A stretch of DNA of 64,000 nucleotides from Spirochaetia bacterium (GTDB lineage Bacteria; Spirochaetota; Spirochaetia; SZUA-6; Bin103). The stretch lies in assembly GCA_965208575.1 (NCBI GenBank), contig CBDBOV010000004.1:1184001-1248000 (forward strand), given 5' to 3'. Positions 1 to 8,080 of the stretch are shown here, piece by piece. The translations under genes and the position numbers were made by a program. Position 1 is the first letter of the stretch. Every line of letters begins with the position of its first letter. The notes under the pieces are model-generated. The model ran no database searches and was not told where the DNA came from. It saw only the letters and a list, made by a program, of their open reading frames with translations.

Positions 1-1041
1 CGCGATCACGTTGCCGACCGAACCGGTCTCGTCGAGCTTGGTCACGATCACGCTCTCGTAACCGAATGGCTCGAACTGCCGCACGATCTGCAGCAGGTCG
101 GCTCCCTTCGTGGTCGCGCTTACCACGAGTTGGGTGGTGGCGCCGTGGCCCATCGCATCGAGCACGCTCCGCATCTGTGCGATGCGCGCGTAGTCGGTGG
201 GACTGCGGCCCACGGTGTCGACGAATATGACGTCGGCGTCGCTGCCGAGGGCGATCGCCTTGCGCAACTCATCGGCGGTCTCGGCGGTGGTCACCGGAAT
301 ACGCATGATGTCGCCGTACGTTTCGATCTGCGCTCGTGCCCCGATGCGGTAGTTGTCGATGGTCACGATGCGTACCGGCGGCGCCGGCACACCGTTGCCG
401 AATCCGTGCAGCGCCGCCAGCTTGGCGATCGTGGTGGTCTTGCCGACCCCGGTCGGACCGACCAGGGTGCACACGCGCGGGCCGTCGGCCGGGGCGGGAA
501 GCTGCTGCAGCGGCGGTGCGATCTTCAGCTCCGCGGCAATCTGCCGCACCACGAACCGGTGTACCGCGCCCTGATCCCGCAGGCTGGACACCGGCAGTTC
601 GGTGCGCACCGCGTCGATCAGGCGGCCGCGCATCGGCGCCGCGAAGTCGTTGGCCGCGAGCAGCGCGCGCAACTCGGCGAGGGACGGGTGATCGTCGCGC
701 CGCACGGTCACTTCCGATCCGGGCGGAAGCGATTCGTCCAACCGCTCCCGCAACGCCGCAACCTCGCCGAGCAGCCGGGCAAGACTGGGTGCCTGCTGCG
801 CCCGCGCCGCCTCGCCGGCGACCGCGCGCGGCGCGCCGTCGTCCGCGGGCGGCGTGGTGGCGTCCGGCGGCGTGCCGTCGACGTAACCGGTAATCTCCAC
901 GGCCGGACGCGCGAACAGCCCCAGCACGCCGCCGACGCGAACCGTGCGGTGGGACTGGATGCAGGCGTCGGGGCCGTACTTCCGCATCATCTCCGCCAGC
1001 GCCGCCTGCGAGTTGGCGCCGCGTACCGTGAAATAGCGCAT
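1..1041 (-). CDS. flhF: Flagellar SRP-family GTPase FlhF (runs off window start)
   Basis: Not in ORF track; translated by hand from ATG at 1041: MRYFTVRGANSQAALAEMMRKYGPDA...GGVLGLF...VEITGY; P-loop [28 protein letters not shown]; follows flhA. Confidence 0.93.
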   Translation of the reverse strand, partial: MRYFTVRGANSQAALAEMMRKYGPDACIQSHRTVRVGGVLGLFARPAVEITGYVDGTPPDATTPPADDGAPRAVAGEAARAQQAPSLARLLGEVAALRERLDESLPPGSEVTVRRDDHPSLAELRALLAANDFAAPMRGRLIDAVRTELPVSSLRDQGAVHRFVVRQIAAELKIAPPLQQLPAPADGPRVCTLVGPTGVGKTTTIAKLAALHGFGNGVPAPPVRIVTIDNYRIGARAQIETYGDIMRIPVTTAETADELRKAIALGSDADVIFVDTVGRSPTDYARIAQMRSVLDAMGHGATTQLVVSATTKGADLLQIVRQFEPFGYESVIVTKLDETGSVGNVIA

Positions 1042-1045
1042 CCCC

Positions 1046-3013
1046 TCAGCGCTCCTCTGCCCGGCCGCCCGCGGCGAGTCCCGACACCTCCGCGAGGCGG
1101 CGCACGGAGCGGGCGGCCGCCACCTCGCTGGTCGCCAGGCACACCAGGTCGGGTATGCGGCGCTCGGTACTGCGCTTCACCAGCGGCCGCACTTCCTCGG
1201 AAGCCAACACCGCCGGCCGGCAGTCCTGCCGCGCACTCTGCCCGAGGGTGGCGGCCAACTCCTCGACCCAGCGGCCGAACTCCGCCGCGGCGCCCGGCCG
1301 GAGGTCCTGCCCCGCCTGCGCGGCCAGCAGCTCCCGCTCCAGCTCCGGCGCCAGCGTGACCACGTGCAACACGCCCTGCGCGTCGCTGTGCTGCGCGCTG
1401 ATCTGGCGGCCGAGCGAGCGCCGCACCCGGCGCACCAGGTAGTCCACGTCGCGCTGCCGGCCGGCCTCGTCCGCGAGCGTCTCCAGTATGGTTACCAGGT
1501 CGCGGATCGATACCCGTTCACGCAACAGCCCCTGCAATACCGCGCGGATCTCGCCCACCGACAGCGCCGCGGTGGCCTCTTCCACCACCGTCGGACAGCT
1601 CTCGCGCAATTCGTCGATCATCGCCCGCACCTGGTCGCGGCCGAGCAGTTCCGCCGCGTGACGCATGAGGACGGCGCGGAACTGCCCCACCAGGGTATCC
1701 ACCGTGTCGGAGCAGCCGGCACCGGGACGGCAGCGTCCGCCGCCGGCTTCGACACCGCGAATCTTGAACCGGTACGCGGTGGGCGGAAGCTGCAGGTTGT
1801 CGGTAACGTGCAGCGCCGGCACCTGCAGCCCCCAGTCGCGCGCCGCCCGGTCGCGTACGCCGCGGGCGCCGCGCAGCAGCTCGGCGCCCGCATTCCCGTC
1901 GGTCGCCGCCAGCAGACCGTACCCCAGTTCCAGCGCCAACGCCGGCGGCAGCGCAGGCGCGGCCCCGCCGGCAGGGTTCGGCGCCGCCGTTGCCCCCGCG
2001 TCGGACGTCGGCGGCGCTGCTTCGGTACCAGGATTGCGCCGGCCGACCGCGCGGCCCAGCCCCGCCACCGCGCCGGCCAGCGGCAGCAACAACCAGGGCG
2101 GGAACCCGGGCAGCAGGCCGAGCAGGGCGAGAAAGCCGGCGGTGACGTAGAATGGACGGTCGTAGCGGGCGAGCTGCAGCGCGGCGTCGATCCCGAACGG
2201 CTGGTCCGAGGCGGCGCGCGTAACGATGATGCCGGTGGCGGTGGAGACGAGCAGCGCGGGAAGCTGGGTTACCAGCCCGTCGCCGATGGTCAGTGCGACG
2301 TAGTGATGCGCCGCGGATGCCAGGTCCTCGCCGTGCACGCTGACGCCGATGATGAAGCCGCCGGCGAGATTGACCGCGGTGATGAACAATGCCACCCGCA
2401 CGTTGCCGGCCACGAACTTGGAAGCACCGTCCATGGCACCGTAGAAGTCCGCCTGGCGCTGCAACTCCTGCTGCCGGAGCCGCGCCTGCGCCTCGGTGAG
2501 CCGCCCGGAGTGGTATTCCGCGTCGATCGCCATCTGCCGGCCGGGCAGGGCGTCGAGCGTGAAGCGCGCCGCCACCTCCGCCACCCGGGTCGATCCGCGC
2601 GTAATCACCACCACCTGCACGGCGATGATGATGATGAAGATGATCAGGCCGATCACCACCCCCGCGGTGCCGGAAGATCCGACCACGAAACTGCCGAACG
2701 CGCGCACGATGCGGCCGTCGAAGGCGGCCCCCTGCGACAGGATCAGCCGCGTCGAGGAGACATTGAGCGCCAGCCCGAACACGGTGGCCAACAGCAGCAA
2801 GGTAGGGAAGCTGCTGAACTCGGCGCTGTTGCGCACACTCAGCACGACCAGGATCACCAGCAGGCTGATGCCTATGTTGAGCGCCATGCCGAGGTCGAGC
2901 AGCACGGCCGGCAGCGGAATCAGCAGCATCAGCACCGCGACGCACACGAACACGGCGACCAGCGCGTCGCCGCGCTGCAGCCAGGCGCCGGAGGGATTGC
3001 CGGCCCTGCTCAT
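1046..3013 (-). CDS. flhA: Export gate protein FlhA with an internal deletion in the cytoplasmic domain
   Basis: FSSFPTLLLLATVFGLALNVSSTRLIL, RVAEVAARFTLDALPGRQMAID, FYGAMDGASKFV, LTIGDGLVTQLPALL, ERVSIRDL; start ATG 3013 overlaps flhB stop. Confidence 0.95.
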   Translation of the reverse strand: MSRAGNPSGAWLQRGDALVAVFVCVAVLMLLIPLPAVLLDLGMALNIGISLLVILVVLSVRNSAEFSSFPTLLLLATVFGLALNVSSTRLILSQGAAFDGRIVRAFGSFVVGSSGTAGVVIGLIIFIIIIAVQVVVITRGSTRVAEVAARFTLDALPGRQMAIDAEYHSGRLTEAQARLRQQELQRQADFYGAMDGASKFVAGNVRVALFITAVNLAGGFIIGVSVHGEDLASAAHHYVALTIGDGLVTQLPALLVSTATGIIVTRAASDQPFGIDAALQLARYDRPFYVTAGFLALLGLLPGFPPWLLLPLAGAVAGLGRAVGRRNPGTEAAPPTSDAGATAAPNPAGGAAPALPPALALELGYGLLAATDGNAGAELLRGARGVRDRAARDWGLQVPALHVTDNLQLPPTAYRFKIRGVEAGGGRCRPGAGCSDTVDTLVGQFRAVLMRHAAELLGRDQVRAMIDELRESCPTVVEEATAALSVGEIRAVLQGLLRERVSIRDLVTILETLADEAGRQRDVDYLVRRVRRSLGRQISAQHSDAQGVLHVVTLAPELERELLAAQAGQDLRPGAAAEFGRWVEELAATLGQSARQDCRPAVLASEEVRPLVKRSTERRIPDLVCLATSEVAAARSVRRLAEVSGLAAGGRAEER

Positions 3014-4140
3014 TGCGGCCACCGCACGCCTCCGAAACGCGCGCCGACGCCGGGCTCGCGGCGGTCGCGGCTCGCCGCGCCGTGCGCCGCCAGCATCGCG
3101 GCCACCGCCGGCTCGTACGACCGCGGGATGGGGTCGCCGAGCGCGACGCGGCGAAACAGGGCGCCGGCCAGCGCCGCGCGTTCGATCACGGCCACGCCGC
3201 TCGACTCGGCCGCCTGCCGCATCCGCGGTGCGCTGTCGGCAGCCGCCTTGGCGACCACCACCGGCGCGGTCATGGTGTCGGGGTCCCACCGCAAGGCCAC
3301 CACGGTACGCGCCGCGTCGGCGCACACCACGTCCGCGGCCGCGACCTGCTCGGCGGCCGTGCGCGCGAGCAGTGCGCGCGTGCGGGCGCGCAACCGATCG
3401 CGCACCATCGGGTCGCCCTCCTGCAGGCGCCGTTCCTCGCGCTCCCGTGCCACCGAACGGTGCGCCCGCCGGCGGGCGCGGAAATTGCGCAACAGGTAGT
3501 CGGCCGCCGCCAGCAGCAACAGGGCACCCGCCGCCTGCACGGCCAGGCGCAGCGCCGCGCCGTACGCCGCCTCGGCCATGGCTGCGCCGGCCGCGATCGC
3601 GCGCAGCGCGGCGCCGATGTTGAGCACCGCGATCACCGCCACCCCGCCCACCTTGAGCAGTTCCCGGCCGAGGCCGATCGCGGTGTCTGCCGACCACAGC
3701 CGGCGGCCGACGCGTCCCCAACTCGGGGTGATGCGGTGCCAGCGCGGCGTCACGCTTCGCAACCTGATCGGCAAACCTTGCTGGACGAGATGTCCGGCCA
3801 CGGCGCCCGCGATCGCTGCCGCCAGCAGCGGCGCCGCCAGCCGGCCCGCATGGCCGAGCGCCGCCGGCAGCAGGCCGGCCAGCGCGGCGGCGTCGCCCGC
3901 GGCCGCCACGCGACCGAAGCACAGGCGCAGCAATTCGCCGCCGGCGGCGGCGATGGCGGGGCCGGTCAGCGCCGCCGCGCCAATCCCGGCCAGCAGGATC
4001 ACCGCCGCGGTCACCTCCGGCGAGCGCACCGGCTCGGCGGAGTCGCGGGACGCACCGGCGCGCGCAGCGGACGCGCGCAGCCGATCGTCGGCGCCGGCCC
4101 GCCCGCCGCCGACGAGAGCGGACCGGAACGCGCCGCTCAC
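3010..4140 (-). CDS. flhB: FlhB-like export gate protein, divergent, no NPTH motif
   Basis: SPEV near N-terminus, ELLKV, EGDP, ADVV...VALRWD...MTAPVVVAK, LAGALFRRVALGDPIP; lies between fliR and flhA. Confidence 0.9.
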   Translation of the reverse strand: MSGAFRSALVGGGRAGADDRLRASAARAGASRDSAEPVRSPEVTAAVILLAGIGAAALTGPAIAAAGGELLRLCFGRVAAAGDAAALAGLLPAALGHAGRLAAPLLAAAIAGAVAGHLVQQGLPIRLRSVTPRWHRITPSWGRVGRRLWSADTAIGLGRELLKVGGVAVIAVLNIGAALRAIAAGAAMAEAAYGAALRLAVQAAGALLLLAAADYLLRNFRARRRAHRSVAREREERRLQEGDPMVRDRLRARTRALLARTAAEQVAAADVVCADAARTVVALRWDPDTMTAPVVVAKAAADSAPRMRQAAESSGVAVIERAALAGALFRRVALGDPIPRSYEPAVAAMLAAHGAASRDRREPGVGARFGGVRWPQ

Positions 4141-4970
4141 GGCACCGCTCCCGCGCCCGCCGGCGGCGTGGCCGTCAGCCCGTCCAGCATCCGGCGCAGC
4201 GTGGCAAAGCCGTCGTCGAGCGCCGCCGCGGCGGCGCTCAGCAGCAATGGCAGCGTGACCAGGAGGATCACCAGGCCGGCGCCGAGCGACAACGGCAGCC
4301 CCAGCATGAGCAGGTTCATGTGCGGCGCGACGCGCGCGAGCAGGGCAAGCGCGAGTGACACCAGCAGCAGTGCCGCGAATATCGGCAGCGCGATCGCCAT
4401 GGCGGTGCCGAACAGGCGCGCAAGGCTGCCCGCCACGGTGTGCAGCAGCAACCCGGCGCCGCGGCCCGTGCCGGCCGCGAAGCTCACCACCAGGTCGGCG
4501 GCGCGCAGGGCGTGAAAGGAACCCGCCACGCCGTCGAGCATCAGCCGGTGCAGTCCGCCCACCGACAGGAACGCCATCACGGCGAGCACGTGGAACAACT
4601 GGCCCAAAAGCGGAGAACGGCCCGCGGTGAACGGATCGAGCAGCTCGACCACGCCGAACCCGACGGGCAGCGAGATGAACGCGCCGGCGGTCTGCAGGGC
4701 GGTGAACCCCAGGAGCACCAGGAAGCCGAGCAGCACACCCACGAGCGCCTCGCCGAGCAGCAGCAACGCGAACTGTACCCCGGACGCCGGTACCGGGTAG
4801 CCGCCGGCGATCACCCCGGGCAGCGCTACCACGGCGATGAACAGCGCCAGCCCCAACCGCCCCGGTTGCGGAATGGCCGCCGACGAGAACAGCGGCGCCA
4901 CCTGCATCATCGCCACCACGCGCGCCAACACCAGCAGCCCGATCCCCAGGTCATCGGCAAGCAGCCGCAT
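4137..4970 (-). CDS. fliR: Export gate protein FliR
   Basis: LARVVAMMQVAPLFSS, GEALVGVLLGF, DPF, LARVAPHMNLLMLGLPL; lies between fliQ and flhB. Confidence 0.93.
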   Translation of the reverse strand: MRLLADDLGIGLLVLARVVAMMQVAPLFSSAAIPQPGRLGLALFIAVVALPGVIAGGYPVPASGVQFALLLLGEALVGVLLGFLVLLGFTALQTAGAFISLPVGFGVVELLDPFTAGRSPLLGQLFHVLAVMAFLSVGGLHRLMLDGVAGSFHALRAADLVVSFAAGTGRGAGLLLHTVAGSLARLFGTAMAIALPIFAALLLVSLALALLARVAPHMNLLMLGLPLSLGAGLVILLVTLPLLLSAAAAALDDGFATLRRMLDGLTATPPAGAGAVP

Positions 4971-5245
4971 CACGGCCTCGCCGCCATGGCCGGGATGCTC
5001 TCGAACAACCGGGTAGTGAAGTCGATCATCGACGCCCCCAGCCACGGGCCCAACAGCAGGGCGACCCCGATGACCGCAAAGATCTTCGGCACGAAGGACA
5101 GCGTCTGCTCCTGGATCGAGGTGGCAGCCTGCACGATCGACACCACGAGCCCCACCAGCACGCTCGCCACCATCAGCGGCGCCGCCAGCACGAGGAGCTG
5201 CAGCACCGCCTCGCGCGCCAGGGTCACGACGGTACCGAGCGTCAT
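4970..5245 (-). CDS. fliQ: Export gate protein FliQ
   Basis: VGLVVSIVQAATSIQEQTLSFVPKI signature. Confidence 0.96.
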   Translation of the reverse strand: MTLGTVVTLAREAVLQLLVLAAPLMVASVLVGLVVSIVQAATSIQEQTLSFVPKIFAVIGVALLLGPWLGASMIDFTTRLFESIPAMAARP

Positions 5246-5256
5246 CGCCGCCGCCA

Positions 5257-6102
5257 TCAGCGGAAACTCTCGATCAGTTGCATGACCAGCAGATCCCAGC
5301 CATCGACCAGTACGAACAGCACCAGCTTGAACGGCAGCGAAATGAGCACCGGGGGAAGTACGATGATCCCCATCGAGATCAGCGTGGTGGCCACCACCAT
5401 GTCGATGATCACGAACGGAATGAATATGAGCACGCCTATTTTGAATGCCACGGTGAGCTCATGCAGAATGAACGCCGGGATCAGGATGTAAGTGGGCACG
5501 TCGGCGCGCGTGTTCGGCTTGGGCAGATCGCGCATGCTCATGAACAGGCGGATGTTGTCGGCGTCGTTGCCGAGCTGGCGAAACATGAATTCGCGTACCG
5601 GGGCCTGGGCGCGTTGCAACAGCTCCTGCCCGTGCAGCTCGCCGCGCGAGAACGGCTGCAGGGCGTCGCGGTTGATCGCCTCGAAGGTCGGCCACATGAT
5701 GAACGCGGTCAGAAACAGGGCTACGCCCATCAACACCTGGTTGGGCGGCATGTCGGTGAGCGAAAGCGCGCGCTTCACGAACTGCAGCACGATGGCAAGG
5801 CGCAGGAACGAGGTAGTCAGGATCACGATCGACGGCGCCAGCGACAGCACCGCGAGCAGCAGCAGCAACTGCAGCGACAGCGCCAGCTCCTGATTGGTGT
5901 ACGCGTCGCGCAGGCTGAGGTCCAGGAACGGCACGCTGCTGACGGCCGGCGCCGCGGCGGCTGCGATGCCCGCGGCCGCGGCAGCCGCCGCGTCGGGCGC
6001 GGGCGCCGGCGTCTGCGCCGCCACCGGGGCGGCGATGAGCAACGCCGCGCACAAGGCCGCGCCGGCGGCAGCACGGCGGCGCAGGATGCTAGGTAGCCGC
6101 AC
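5257..6102 (-). CDS. fliP: Export gate protein FliP
   Basis: LSLAPSIVILTTSFLR, PPNQVL, IPAFILHELTVAFKIG, ISLPFKLVLFVLVDGW; probable GTG start at 6102 after GGAGGAAGAGG; signal-peptide-like N-terminus. Confidence 0.96.
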   Translation of the reverse strand: MRLPSILRRRAAAGAALCAALLIAAPVAAQTPAPAPDAAAAAAAGIAAAAAPAVSSVPFLDLSLRDAYTNQELALSLQLLLLLAVLSLAPSIVILTTSFLRLAIVLQFVKRALSLTDMPPNQVLMGVALFLTAFIMWPTFEAINRDALQPFSRGELHGQELLQRAQAPVREFMFRQLGNDADNIRLFMSMRDLPKPNTRADVPTYILIPAFILHELTVAFKIGVLIFIPFVIIDMVVATTLISMGIIVLPPVLISLPFKLVLFVLVDGWDLLVMQLIESFR

Positions 6103-7036
6103 GGACCTCTTCCTCCACCGCCGGGGTGCGGCCCAGGCGGCGCGCGCGATCCCGTTGGCGGGGCGCCCGATCACCCAGGCGGCGCGCTCGATCCCGTTGG
6201 AGGGGCGCCCGATCCCGTTGGAGGGGCGCCCGATCCCGTTGGAGGGGCGCCCGATCCCGTTGGAGGGGCGCCCGATCCCGTTGGAGGGGCGCCCGATCCC
6301 GTTGGAGGGGTGCCCGATCCCGCTGGAGGGGCGCCCGATCACCCAGGCGGCGCGCCCGCTCCCGCTGCCGGCGCAGGAACGCGGTGTGGCCGGAGTCCGC
6401 GCTGCGCGCATCGGAGGGCGTGCCGATGCCGGCCTCGGCGAGCAGGTCGGCAAACCGGCTGCGCGCGGAAGCGCCCTGCCCGGCGGGGTGCGCCGCGAGC
6501 CGATCGAGGCGCTCGGGATCGGTGATCTCGGCCACCAGGTTTACCGCCTGGTCGCCGGCTCCCACCAGGTAGTAGCCGCCGGCCGCACGCACCAGGTGCA
6601 GGCTGCGGTTGCCGCCGAGCGAACGCGAACCGAGCACGGCGATCAGCTCGCTGTTGCCGAGCCGGCCCGCGGCGCCGCGCCGGAAGAGCCGGAACAGCAG
6701 GTAGATCGCGCCGAGCACCGCGGCAAGCACCACCACCATGCGCACGAAGTCGCCGGTCGAGACCACGCCGCCGGCCGCGGCGCCGGAGGTGCGGCCGGCC
6801 TCGGGCAGCGGCGTCGCGTCGACCGGCGGCGCGCCGGCAACCGACGCCTGTGGCTGCGGTTGCGGCTGCTGCGCGGACAACGGACACACCGCGACCAGCA
6901 GCGCGCCCGCGATCAGCAGCGCCGGAGCACCGATGGCAGAGCGCCGCGCACGCTTGGTCGAAGCGCGGGCGGCTGTCGCGTTGTACAGGTCTGTTCCCCT
7001 CCCAGGAACGCAGCCTTGCGTCCTTTCCTTCGCCAT
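6089..7036 (-). CDS. fliO: FliO (spirochaete FliZ) with a C-terminal heptad repeat expansion; start uncertain
   Basis: TM segment DFVRMVVVLAAVLGAIYLLFRLFRR then VLGSRSLGGNRSLHLVRAAGGYYLVGAGDQAVNLVAEI; directly upstream of fliP. Confidence 0.85.
   Translation of the reverse strand: MAKERTQGCVPGRGTDLYNATAARASTKRARRSAIGAPALLIAGALLVAVCPLSAQQPQPQPQASVAGAPPVDATPLPEAGRTSGAAAGGVVSTGDFVRMVVVLAAVLGAIYLLFRLFRRGAAGRLGNSELIAVLGSRSLGGNRSLHLVRAAGGYYLVGAGDQAVNLVAEITDPERLDRLAAHPAGQGASARSRFADLLAEAGIGTPSDARSADSGHTAFLRRQRERARRLGDRAPLQRDRAPLQRDRAPLQRDRAPLQRDRAPLQRDRAPLQRDRAPLQRDRARRLGDRAPRQRDRARRLGRTPAVEEEVRAAT
6147..6356. repeat. Compound 21-bp tandem repeat, 10 units (7 consecutive CGATCCCGTTGGAGGGGCGCC-type units at 6189-6335)
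   Basis: Read directly; unit A encodes DRAPLQR and unit B (CGATCACCCAGGCGGCGCGCT) encodes DRARRLG on the minus strand. Confidence 0.97.
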
Positions 7037-7044
7037 CGCCGGCG

Positions 7045-7953
7045 CTATCGGTCTCTCCCCCCGGAGTCAAGAATCTCCGTGACCCGGATGCCGTAACTGT
7101 CTTCCAATGCCACGACCCGCCCGCGCGCGACCGGCTCGCGGTTCATCTCGATCGCGACCGACTGGCCGGCGAATCGACTCATGCCGATTACCATGCCCTC
7201 GTCGAGGGCGGGCGCGCCGCCGCTGCGCAGCCCGCCGGCGCCCAGTTCAACGGTCACCATGGCATCGGCGCGAGCGGCGCGCGACGGTCGCGGCGGCGCC
7301 ACTTCGCGGGCCAGCAAGCGGTGGCCGATCGCCGCCAGACTTGCCTCCGCCACCGCCAGGTACAGTTGGCCCTCCTGTCCGCCGGCGGCCGCCGCGAAGG
7401 TGGCGCACACCAGCCGGGTGTCCGGCGCCGGCAGTTCGGTGGTGTCGGCCTGCCGCTCGAGGTACTCGAGGCGCGGTACGACGCCGCACACCGGCGCCCA
7501 CGCGCGCTGCAGGTCGGGCAGCAGCGCCGCGATGCCGCGCCGCAGCACCATGCCCTCGATCTCGCTCAAGCCGCGCTCCGGCACCATGGGTACGCCGCGC
7601 CCGCCCAGCAGCCGGTCGATCAGCAGGAATGCAAGCACCCGGTCGACGGCAAACAGCGCCGCCCCCGGCAGCGGGTCGAGCGCCACGCCCGCCAGCGCCG
7701 CCGGCGCCCACCGGGCTCGCAGTTCACTGCATGACCGGCGCTCCGCCGCGGCAAGCCGAACCCGGCACGGCGTGCGCACGAGCGTGCTGAGCGACTCGGA
7801 GGCGAAGCGCGCGAATCGGCGATGTACCGCGCTCACGATGGCGACCTGCTCGCCGGCCAGCGGCCCCGCGCCGGACGGCAAACCGCCGGGGGGCATACTG
7901 CCGGACGGCATACTGCCGGACGACCAGCGGTCATGCGGCACGCCCTCACCCAT
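7045..7953 (-). CDS. fliM: C-ring protein: FliM middle domain fused to a FliN-type SpoA domain; start uncertain
   Basis: VHRRFAR...LSTLVR, DPLPG, IDRLLGGRG, RGLSEIE, AWAPV (FliM); C-terminus VTVELG...AGQSVAIEMNREPVARGRVVALEDSYGIRVTEI (FliN-like). Confidence 0.85.
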   Translation of the reverse strand: MGEGVPHDRWSSGSMPSGSMPPGGLPSGAGPLAGEQVAIVSAVHRRFARFASESLSTLVRTPCRVRLAAAERRSCSELRARWAPAALAGVALDPLPGAALFAVDRVLAFLLIDRLLGGRGVPMVPERGLSEIEGMVLRRGIAALLPDLQRAWAPVCGVVPRLEYLERQADTTELPAPDTRLVCATFAAAAGGQEGQLYLAVAEASLAAIGHRLLAREVAPPRPSRAARADAMVTVELGAGGLRSGGAPALDEGMVIGMSRFAGQSVAIEMNREPVARGRVVALEDSYGIRVTEILDSGGRDR

Positions 7954-8080
7954 CGGCGCCCCCGGCGCCCGGCCGGCAAGGCGCGACGAATGCGCACACC
8001 GGTGGTACGCGAGCGGGGAGCAACGCAGCCAGCCGGGAGGGATCGCCGCGTTCATGCAGCCGGAGTTGCGCCATCGGCTG

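Noticed and set aside
1046-3922. 958-aa ORF as an N-terminally extended FlhA or FlhB-FlhA fusion
   Set aside because: The first 300 or so residues overlap flhB in another frame; the real start is ATG 3013, coupled to the flhB stop.
6147-6356. 21-bp repeats as a CRISPR array
   Set aside because: Units are contiguous with no unique spacers, are in frame within fliO, and no cas genes are present.
5257-6453. FliP N-terminal (IGRPSNG)n repeats
   Set aside because: Alternative-frame reading of the fliO repeat; a good RBS and GTG at 6102 give a normal-length FliP.
7954-8080. Remnant of fliG or fliL in the fliF-fliM gap
   Set aside because: No recognisable motif in any frame by eye.
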